Shown one piece after another: positions 56,648 to 64,000 of a DNA stretch of 64,000 nucleotides. The stretch's first letter is position 1. Each line of letters starts with the position of its first letter. The position numbers and the translations under genes were made by a program. Source of the DNA: an uncultured virus (IMG/VR IMGVR_UViG_3300025015_000444) (lineage: Duplodnaviria > Heunggongvirae > Uroviricota > Caudoviricetes); IMG/VR virus record IMGVR_UViG_3300025015_000444; one strand, 5' to 3'. The notes below the pieces were generated by a model. It did no database searches. It saw only the letters and a list, made by a program, of their open reading frames with translations, and was not told where the DNA came from.

Positions 56648-57679
56648 CTATTCGGGTTTCCTACCAACTACAAACGGTTCCCACGCAGGCTTGAGCGCCG
56701 TTCCCCATCCCTCGAACTGTTTGGCCTCGGGAGTGGCCGCTTTGGTTACGGGAATCGTAACAGCAACCTGTTTGGCCCCCGTTCCGTAAGCCCCCACACC
56801 TTTACCCCCCGGGTCGTCTGTAGTACGGATCTCGTCTGCCTCGTTGACAATGTCGTTGAGGTTTTCTCCCCCAACACCCTGCTGATAGCCAATGACCTCT
56901 CGCTGGTCACTTGCACCGAGGTGGCGGTCTATCGCTTTTGCCACATTTAGTGATTTGGGGAAACCTGAACCGTAGCACCATGCCGTTAGCATGAGATTTT
57001 CGAACCCTACAGATTCCATTGCGGCAGCGAGCCTGTGAAATGTGCGCGTGGCCGAAAAAGCCTTGATCACACCCCCCGGCTTCAACACTCGAAAGACCTC
57101 TATCAGCCAAGCCGTGTGCCAAATCTGCATGGACTCAGCCTGTTGCAAACGGACGTTTGGGAAGGACGGGTCTTCACACTGACATCGGGTAAATCCTTCA
57201 CGGTCATTCCCCCGCTGTGTCCCCCCACAGTTCTCACAGATGGGGTTCGGGGAACCGTTGAAAGAAGGGAGGTTCGTATTCTGGAATCTGTCGCTTCCAC
57301 CTGAAGTGAAACTCGCCCCACCTGTCGCCACACGGGGTTTGCCCAAAGGCTTCCAGTGGTCATGTGGCTTCTCACAGGTACATTTCTTAGCCCCCCGTAG
57401 ACGACCCCCACAGACGGCACACGTTGGATTTGCCGTGCCAAACTGAGCGTTGCTGGAGAACGAGGGCCAGTCTGTCTTGCGATCCCCAATGCCGGGTTTC
57501 GAGAAACCCCCTGACATTAACCATGCTTGTGGGATCTCTAACCTATCCCACTCTTTTCCCATAAATTCAAGGCCATATGGGGGATCACAAACAACTGCCC
57601 CAATTGATTGATCTTCCATCCCCCTGAGAACCTCGAAAGAGTCTCCCAACCGAAGCTGAAGAAGCTGTTGCGTCATCAC
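56648..57679 (-). CDS. N4/N6 DNA methyltransferase, catalytic (DPPY) half
   Basis: GDS, VCDPPYGL.FMGK.WD, RVLKPGG, YGSGFPKS, GWGTALKPAWEP; no FxGxG motif. Confidence 0.88.
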   Translation of the reverse strand: MMTQQLLQLRLGDSFEVLRGMEDQSIGAVVCDPPYGLEFMGKEWDRLEIPQAWLMSGGFSKPGIGDRKTDWPSFSSNAQFGTANPTCAVCGGRLRGAKKCTCEKPHDHWKPLGKPRVATGGASFTSGGSDRFQNTNLPSFNGSPNPICENCGGTQRGNDREGFTRCQCEDPSFPNVRLQQAESMQIWHTAWLIEVFRVLKPGGVIKAFSATRTFHRLAAAMESVGFENLMLTAWCYGSGFPKSLNVAKAIDRHLGASDQREVIGYQQGVGGENLNDIVNEADEIRTTDDPGGKGVGAYGTGAKQVAVTIPVTKAATPEAKQFEGWGTALKPAWEPFVVGRKPE

Positions 57680-58491
57680 ATCTCCTCCCCGAACCCGAAG
57701 AAATTGTCGAAGCTAATCACCCCCGCATCTTCCTTTGGCCGTTCAGGAGCATCGGACTGAATCTCGACCCCTTGATTGGCGGGAGTGGTGAGTTTCCAAT
57801 CCCAATGCCGAACCCTGGCATCTGCAATAACCAAGTAGTCAGGTTCCCGCTCTATCCCGATGAAAGCATGCCCCGTCTTGAGACATGCAATCCCAGTTGA
57901 ACCGCTACCCATGAAAGGATCCAGCACTGGACCTTGATCCGTCGGCACATCTCGGAGTAGCTTTTCCATGATTGCCATTGGCTTACATGTTGGGTGAAAG
58001 TTGTGGACTTGTCCTGCTGTGCGCCCCGCCCCTGCCCTCGGGGATTCGAGCCCTGCCGTATCCTCTTCTCGGTCTACGGCTTCTGCCCCTGACCTGGCTG
58101 GAAGATGCGCGCACCCGGCTTCCCGTTCCGCCCGTGCTGCCTTAGGTACGTAATGAAACCGCCCGGGTTCGGTAACGAACAGAATGGAGTCCCGTATCTC
58201 AAACCCGGCATCCTCAATGGTACATGCTCCCGTATGACCCGTAGGCTCTTCGTCGGGAGCAATCAAGATCAAGTGTGCTCCTGGCTTCAAGACACGAAGA
58301 AACTCCACGGACTGTTCTTCCGTGGGGGTTCCTCGTATGATGAGTCCTGTGACGGACTCTTTCTCCCATCCCGCTACAGTCTGCATCGTGGAATCATTGA
58401 TCTCTGTCAGGTAGACCGCCTTGACATAAGGCTCTGGCGGGGAAATCAAGGTAATCAGGTAACTGATCAGATCGTCAGGCATCGTTGTCAT
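57676..58491 (-). CDS. N4/N6 DNA methyltransferase, SAM-binding half
   Basis: HPTCKP, VLDPFMGSGSTG, FIGIE; no DPPY. Confidence 0.88.
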   Translation of the reverse strand: MTTMPDDLISYLITLISPPEPYVKAVYLTEINDSTMQTVAGWEKESVTGLIIRGTPTEEQSVEFLRVLKPGAHLILIAPDEEPTGHTGACTIEDAGFEIRDSILFVTEPGRFHYVPKAARAEREAGCAHLPARSGAEAVDREEDTAGLESPRAGAGRTAGQVHNFHPTCKPMAIMEKLLRDVPTDQGPVLDPFMGSGSTGIACLKTGHAFIGIEREPDYLVIADARVRHWDWKLTTPANQGVEIQSDAPERPKEDAGVISFDNFFGFGEEM

Positions 58492-59120
58492 TTTGGTTGC
58501 TCCTGAACTTGCTTGAAGAAGCGGGAAGCCCCACCCGCTTCTCCGAATCCTGGATCCACAGCCGTGTGCTCCGTAGTAAAGCCTGTTGGCCCCAAACCAG
58601 TGAAAGCCCCCTTGGCGTTCCCTATCCGGCCCCCCGTGGATACGGATACCCCACTCTGTTGATCAAGGTCTCGAACGGGGCACCCTGGTTGACAATCCCA
58701 GGCATCTACGGTTTCCAAGCCTGCTGTATCAGCAAAGCCCCCACCCAAATAAAGGTCTGTTCGTCCTGTCCCATATAGGTTCGCAGCCCCGAAACCTCCT
58801 GGGGCGGTTCCGTGATTACCTGTCCTGACTTTTCGTTCTCCAACGCACCGGCAACCCGGCAAATGACACAAGATCAGGTTCGCGGGCCAACGCCCAGCTT
58901 GTTTATACAGGTCTTGCTGAGAACCATCGGCATTGTTTTTACCCGTTCCTGGAGAATAATCGGAAGAGGCAAGATGCTTATAGCCTTGGGTTACGCGAGG
59001 TTCTCCTTTTTTCAAAGAAACTCGGCACCCATCAATGTTGATCCCCCCAGCCCCATGTTTCAACACGTTGACCGCAACAGAACCAATCAAGGGTTTTCTA
59101 GCTAGGGTCAGAACGATCAC
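58488..59120 (-). CDS. MTase-middle cassette A
   Basis: MIVLTLARKPLIGSVA..GGINIDGCRV..GRWPANLILCHLPGC..GGASRFFKQV. Confidence 0.8.
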   Translation of the reverse strand: MIVLTLARKPLIGSVAVNVLKHGAGGINIDGCRVSLKKGEPRVTQGYKHLASSDYSPGTGKNNADGSQQDLYKQAGRWPANLILCHLPGCRCVGERKVRTGNHGTAPGGFGAANLYGTGRTDLYLGGGFADTAGLETVDAWDCQPGCPVRDLDQQSGVSVSTGGRIGNAKGAFTGLGPTGFTTEHTAVDPGFGEAGGASRFFKQVQEQPK

Positions 59121-59446
59121 CGAAGGTCTCCGCTACCTGTAAGTTGGCCCCGTGCTTTGCGTGAAGCCAGCTTGTCAATGTTCAGTCGGGCGACATTTTC
59201 CAGACTGAGCCCCAGTTCCCGAGCCAGGGCACTCACGTACCAAAGCACATCGCCCAGTTCTAAAGCTAGAGCATTGAGTCGGGCGTCACTGATTAGTCCC
59301 CCGTCATCCCGAAGGGCCTTTTTGATCTTTTCGCAGACCTCTCCGGTTTCCCCAGCCAAGCCTAGAGCCGGGTACACCACGTTGTGCCCTTTGTCCGGGT
59401 ACACCGCTGTGTCGAAACTGTGCTTCTGGTACTCGTCAAACGTCAT
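59117..59446 (-). CDS. MazG-like nucleotide pyrophosphohydrolase
   Basis: LGLAGETGEV.EK.KK, ELGDVLWY, NIDKL.SR..RG...GSGD.R. Confidence 0.9.
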   Translation of the reverse strand: MTFDEYQKHSFDTAVYPDKGHNVVYPALGLAGETGEVCEKIKKALRDDGGLISDARLNALALELGDVLWYVSALARELGLSLENVARLNIDKLASRKARGQLTGSGDLR

Positions 59447-59461
59447 CCGGGCATATCCCTG

Positions 59462-61060
59462 TTACACTAACGAATCCACGATCCCATCAGCTACCCGATC
59501 CCCCTGTGCCTTCATGTCATTCCGGGTGCGCCCCGCAGGCAACACCATGTCTGCACAGGTATAGAGCCTTCTACAAGGCCACTCTACCCGTGCTTGAAAG
59601 AGTGGGAAAGGTGGTTCATCACGAGCCTTCAAGCACTGGAACTGAACCCTGTTGGATCCCCTCAAGTCGTCATCAAGCCAGGAGGCTGTAATCACGTCGG
59701 AAGACCTCTCCGCTTCGTTTGCGTAAGAAAGGTGAACCAGGTCATAGCTTGCCTCTCCGGTCTTGTCTTTTCGTTTCATAGCGGACCTGAATCCCTCACG
59801 GTTGATCTGGAACATCCCAACTACAGCCATCCCTGACCCTCTGTTGAAAGACATAGCCAAGCGTTTGAGATCCCGCATGACCTCATTGAGTCGATCCGTG
59901 GTAGAGGAAACCCACTTGCGAGGAGCCATCAACCCGGCGTGATCCACGAACAGAACTCTGTAGGGGATCTTGCCATACAAGGTCTCGGCACGATGCCTGA
60001 GATCTGCCATCGTGAAATCGTTCTTGTCCGGGTCAGCCACCTCGATCTGAATGTTGCCGTAGTTCTTTGGGTCAGGCCACGGTCGATGGGTGTAGGGGTC
60101 TTCCCCTTCCACGACTAACTTGCCATTGAAATCGGGGATCACGTAGTCGAACAGGAAAGCCCGGCCGTTCGGGTGCCACTTGTGCAAGTCGGCATCCCGA
60201 ATGTGCCTGTAGGGCAATCCCATCTGGTCATCCGGGAACTTTTGCAGCCCCAGTTTGTGCCGGATTGCCTTGAACTTGTCGTGGGCAGAGTGCATGGCAT
60301 ACAGGATGTTCCGACACTGGACGTAGGGCATCTCCAGCGAGAAAATCAGGCTGCTTTGGAGGAAATAGGAGGCTTGAATGTATGCCCAGTTTAGCAATAA
60401 CGTCGATTTTAGATGCCCGGTGAAAGCAGCATGGAGCCAGAGTTCATATCTCTTGGCCCCGCCCAGGATGTCCATCTGGGCTAACCCGGTTGGACAGCCC
60501 ACACCGGCAAGAGGGTCACTCTCGATTCGGATGTAATTCTCTGATATCCCTTTGCCGTCTCGTGTGACCTCACCAGATAGCGATGAGCCAATGGCCGGAG
60601 CCAGTATGTCATGTCCTTGATCCATGACATACTTGACGGCATCCTCTGGGCCTTGCAGGAACTTAGTCTGCCCCTTGCCCAGATCGATCTTGACCCCGGT
60701 TCCAACGATAGTGCTGGCTTCCTTCAGAATCTCGGATATCCGTCGCAGCTTGCGTTCGGCAACCTTGCCTTTGACGTAGTTTTCAAAGTCTCCCTGGAGC
60801 TTGAGAGGGAGTCCCGACAGTTCGTTGAGTCGGTCAGTGATCCGGTCTTCTTTGGCCCGGTGGAAGTGATCCTGAAGAGTGGCCAAACCGGGGGCATGTC
60901 GGTGAGTGAGAATGAACTCTCGAACGAACGCAAAGATGACCTCATCTTCGAGGATGTCAAAAGTCAGACCGGCTCCCAAAAACACCTGGAAGTTCTGGAG
61001 CATCAGATCCTTGGGATCTGTTGGGGTTGCTGCAAACAGGGAACGGAGGATCGTCTTCAT
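59462..61060 (-). CDS. DnaB-like replicative helicase
   Basis: AFTGHLKST (variant Walker A), FSLEM, FVDHAGLM, QINREG, AERSSDVI, LKAR. Confidence 0.82.
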   Translation of the reverse strand: MKTILRSLFAATPTDPKDLMLQNFQVFLGAGLTFDILEDEVIFAFVREFILTHRHAPGLATLQDHFHRAKEDRITDRLNELSGLPLKLQGDFENYVKGKVAERKLRRISEILKEASTIVGTGVKIDLGKGQTKFLQGPEDAVKYVMDQGHDILAPAIGSSLSGEVTRDGKGISENYIRIESDPLAGVGCPTGLAQMDILGGAKRYELWLHAAFTGHLKSTLLLNWAYIQASYFLQSSLIFSLEMPYVQCRNILYAMHSAHDKFKAIRHKLGLQKFPDDQMGLPYRHIRDADLHKWHPNGRAFLFDYVIPDFNGKLVVEGEDPYTHRPWPDPKNYGNIQIEVADPDKNDFTMADLRHRAETLYGKIPYRVLFVDHAGLMAPRKWVSSTTDRLNEVMRDLKRLAMSFNRGSGMAVVGMFQINREGFRSAMKRKDKTGEASYDLVHLSYANEAERSSDVITASWLDDDLRGSNRVQFQCLKARDEPPFPLFQARVEWPCRRLYTCADMVLPAGRTRNDMKAQGDRVADGIVDSLV

Positions 61061-61995
61061 GTCAGATCCGTCCCCTTCTTGGGTTTTTTCTTGGCCCTGT
61101 ACTTCTTAGGTTCCTGCTCCCCTTCCACAACCTCACCTAGCTCGGAATGGTATGCAGGATTGGTCACAGAGCGTTGTTTGGGTGCTGAAACCGTTTCTGT
61201 CTCCTCTTCCTGTTCTGGAACCAACGATTCGACGATGGGACCAACGGCCACTTCTGGAACCGACGGTAGGGGGGTTGCAGGGATTGGAGTTGGGTCCCCA
61301 AGGGTGTGTTGAGGCCAACCCTGAAGAAAAACAGCGACCGATTCATCGAAGGCCAGATGTCCTTTAGCTAGACGTTGATCTGGTTGGTCTGCAAGCCACG
61401 TTGGCTTGTCAAGAAAGGCCCGGTGTTGAAGGGCTTCCAGGAGCACCTCAGGCATAGCTACGTTTCTGGCTGCTTTGACGCCCAATCGGATGACCAACAA
61501 CGTCGGGGGACCAACCAAACTAACCAAGGCAGCATAGCGACTCGGGGGTTCTGGTTGGGATTGTCCTGTTCGCCGTTCGGCTACATCTCCGTCAAGTACG
61601 TCTTCTAAGCCTTTGGAGAGCCAGGCATCCATCAGGTCTACGTCACTAATGACCCGGAAGAAAAATCGGGGTTGCGTCCGACCCAGAACCAAGAAGGCCC
61701 GAGCCAGATGTTCCCGAAGAGCCGTCTGACTCCCGGTGATCCATAGATCTTCTTCGTGTTTCCCCTCCAGGGGGGAGGGTTGTTTGGCGTGTTGTACCTG
61801 AGACAGTCCTCGCCAACCCCGTTCCATGTTGGCATAGATGTCCCGGAGACGAACACATTGGCAGGGTTCTGTGATAGGCACAATGCAATTGGGGGGCATT
61901 CGTTCAGGCGGCACCTGAACCACTCCCCGACCATGACACCGGTCACAATCCTGTCGTCCGTCACCTTGGGGGTAATCTATGTAGCCCACTGTCAC
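61057..61995 (-). CDS. DnaC/IstB-like helicase loader, degenerate ATPase
   Basis: CDRCHGRG..PCQC, LWITG, LLVIRLG, HRAFLDKPTW; adjacent to DnaB. Confidence 0.55.
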   Translation of the reverse strand: MTVGYIDYPQGDGRQDCDRCHGRGVVQVPPERMPPNCIVPITEPCQCVRLRDIYANMERGWRGLSQVQHAKQPSPLEGKHEEDLWITGSQTALREHLARAFLVLGRTQPRFFFRVISDVDLMDAWLSKGLEDVLDGDVAERRTGQSQPEPPSRYAALVSLVGPPTLLVIRLGVKAARNVAMPEVLLEALQHRAFLDKPTWLADQPDQRLAKGHLAFDESVAVFLQGWPQHTLGDPTPIPATPLPSVPEVAVGPIVESLVPEQEEETETVSAPKQRSVTNPAYHSELGEVVEGEQEPKKYRAKKKPKKGTDLT

Positions 61996-63716
61996 AGAAG
62001 TTGATCCCAATCCGTTACTTGTGAAGGCGTGTCCCACTCCTGTTTGGGTCTGGGGAATAATCCACTTGAGTCCGGGTTCGTTTGAGTCCTTTTGGTAGGG
62101 GGTGCTTTCATCAAGGCATCTTCCCGCAACGAGGCAAACAGTTCTTGAATGGTGTCCCCATCTTGAAGAACCATCGGAGTACAGTCCCCCTTGAAACGCC
62201 GACCCAGGGCTGCCTCAATCAAGTGCATCTTCTTCCCCAACACCTGTAATACCCGGTGATCCACCGTCTTGGAGAATAAATCGCTTCGGGCAACCAGATG
62301 AATGACATGACACACAGTATGTTCGGACCCGATACGGATCATACGGCCAAGCAGTTGAAGGAAATCACCTGCGGACCAAGGGGTGTCAAGACAGATGAGC
62401 AAGTTCGCGGCCTGAAGGTTGATGGCCTCTGACCCGGCTGTTGTGATGCAGATAACCCGAGTGGGATCATCAGGGTTCAGAAAGGCCGTCTTGGCAGTCT
62501 CCCGTTGTCGGTCATTCTCAGAACCCGTGATCCGAACAGCCTTGATCTTGGCTTTGGCCAACACAGGCATCAAAAGGTCGATCATCTTCCGGAAACGAGT
62601 AAATATGATCACCTTAGCATCCGCAAAATCGCCCTCAGTCAATAGGTCAACAATGGCCTGGATCTTGGGGGAGTCGTCGGGATCTTCGATGTCAAAGAGA
62701 TCAAGGGAGTTGGCGATCTCCTGACAATAGGTGATGGCGGTGAGCTTGGTCACCTCCTTGACTACTACCTCGTCCTTTTTGCCAGTCAAATCCAGGAGTC
62801 CTGCCAGAGCTTCCTGGTACTTGGTCTCCTGAGCAGGCGTCATGTCTACTTCGAGAATGACTGGGGGCAACAGAGCCGGTAGCTCAGAAGCCACCTCGTG
62901 TTTAGCCCGACCCAGATAGTAGGCGTCGATTTCCTGTCGAAACTCGGCAATCTTCTGGGGCAAGTAGCCCACGATGATCGGGACTTGGCGGCCTCGGGCC
63001 ACGGTCTGAAGTCTGGTGATGGCGTAGTACATCATGAAATTCCGCTCGGTCATCTGAAACAGATCCGGCACCACGACCTTGAAAACACCGTAACCCTCCA
63101 TCAAGTGGTTCTTGATGAGGGTGGCGGTTAGGCCCCAGCAGCGGCTGGCTGAATCTGCCATGAATTTGCAGACCTGATGTACTTGAGTCTTGGTGTTTTT
63201 GAATACCGTGGCTTCATCACAGATCAAGATGTAATCCTTCCAGGGCTGAATGGCCCGGAAGTCCTGTACGGCAGTTCGGTACCCTGTGATGAACACCGTG
63301 GGTCCGGTTGATTGCTCGAACAGTCGCCGAGCCATGTTGCGAGCAGCCGGTGGTCCCTGTCCGACAATGACCCGGATACCACGGGTGAACTTGCTGAATT
63401 CGTTGGCCCACTGCCGAGTAGCACTCTTGGTTGTCAGAACAACAACCCTGGTGTTAGGATCCTTCTCCCAAAGGTAGCAGAGGGCTAGGATGGCCTCCAA
63501 AGTTTTTCCGAGTCCAGTGTCATCACCAAGCAGGAACCGTCGCATCACGGCCAGGTGCAAGACTCCCTGGACCTGGTAATACCGGATAGACAAGGGCCGT
63601 TCCTGCCCGCTGAAATCCGTGAATGTGTCCTTGAGATGCTTGAGGGGCTTGAGTTTCAGATCGGTTCTGGTTCGCAGTTCTCGGAGCTTTTCATGCGTTT
63701 TGAGTTGGTTTGGCAT
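61992..63716 (-). CDS. SNF2-family helicase
   Basis: LGDDTGLGKT, DEAT, LTAT, IFTRF, INLQ.A, Q..GR..RIG. Confidence 0.92.
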   Translation of the reverse strand: MPNQLKTHEKLRELRTRTDLKLKPLKHLKDTFTDFSGQERPLSIRYYQVQGVLHLAVMRRFLLGDDTGLGKTLEAILALCYLWEKDPNTRVVVLTTKSATRQWANEFSKFTRGIRVIVGQGPPAARNMARRLFEQSTGPTVFITGYRTAVQDFRAIQPWKDYILICDEATVFKNTKTQVHQVCKFMADSASRCWGLTATLIKNHLMEGYGVFKVVVPDLFQMTERNFMMYYAITRLQTVARGRQVPIIVGYLPQKIAEFRQEIDAYYLGRAKHEVASELPALLPPVILEVDMTPAQETKYQEALAGLLDLTGKKDEVVVKEVTKLTAITYCQEIANSLDLFDIEDPDDSPKIQAIVDLLTEGDFADAKVIIFTRFRKMIDLLMPVLAKAKIKAVRITGSENDRQRETAKTAFLNPDDPTRVICITTAGSEAINLQAANLLICLDTPWSAGDFLQLLGRMIRIGSEHTVCHVIHLVARSDLFSKTVDHRVLQVLGKKMHLIEAALGRRFKGDCTPMVLQDGDTIQELFASLREDALMKAPPTKRTQTNPDSSGLFPRPKQEWDTPSQVTDWDQLL

Positions 63717-63759
63717 CGGGACTCCTCACCTCCCATCCTCTTACCCGAATGGACAGAAC

Positions 63760-63999
63760 TCAGAGCCAGTGGATGAAGTCCAACACGCGGTCGAGTAACT
63801 GGGTGTGGTCCTCGATACGACCAGGGTTGTTACGGGCAACCTGACGTAGCTTCAGAAGGAGTTTCGTAGCCGAATCCGTTGCCGGGATCTTCAAGATCTT
63901 CTCGACCTCTGGGGCGAATGCCTTGACCTTCTGGCCGAGTCCTCGCCAGAGGATGTCTCGCAGGGGCTTGTCTGCCCAGACGGCTAACCCCAGGATCAC
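63760..63999 (-). CDS. hypothetical protein (5' end may lie outside window)
   Basis: open to the window edge. Confidence 0.5.
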   Translation of the reverse strand: MILGLAVWADKPLRDILWRGLGQKVKAFAPEVEKILKIPATDSATKLLLKLRQVARNNPGRIEDHTQLLDRVLDFIHWL

Positions 64000-64000
64000 C

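Noticed and set aside
54974..59120. Diversity-generating retroelement or invertible shufflon
   Set aside because: No reverse transcriptase or recombinase is present, cassettes are in direct orientation, and differences are block-wise rather than adenine-specific.
1..64000. Genome-wide amber recoding (genetic code 15) implied by the CUA tRNA
   Set aside because: Long conserved genes are uninterrupted in code 11, and many end in TAG at their expected C-termini.

Overview
A 64-kb segment of a large (probably jumbo) tailed dsDNA phage genome in the standard genetic code; the host cannot be determined. It carries a replication block (SNF2 helicase, degenerate DnaC-like loader, DnaB helicase, primase-type Zn finger, family A DNA polymerase with a LAGLIDADG intein), nucleotide and NAD metabolism genes (Tmk, Tdk, dNK, MazG-like, UDG, CinA, ADP-ribosylglycohydrolase, DEDDh exonuclease), a ~10.5-kb glycan biosynthesis/decoration operon behind an endolysin, and many short hypothetical genes. 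The most notable finds from reading the DNA directly are these. (1) An amber (CUA) tRNA sits before a leaderless uORF ending in UAG. Its read-through frame encodes an RGPP arrest-like motif lying exactly on an anti-Shine-Dalgarno helix that sequesters the RBS of a two-gene operon ending in a Pth2-like gene, suggesting a UAG-sensing translation circuit. (2) A beta-class DNA methyltransferase is split into complementary halves, and its middle segment is amplified as separate variable cassette ORFs. (3) A phage promoter-like motif, GGCTTAG-N14-GNGTAG(A/T), occurs 11 times; one copy points into a ~175-nt region with no real gene. (4) Two IS607-like elements share a left end: one with tnpB and one 382-bp mini-element retaining a different omegaRNA-like right end. 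Functional calls rest on motif recognition, not database searches.
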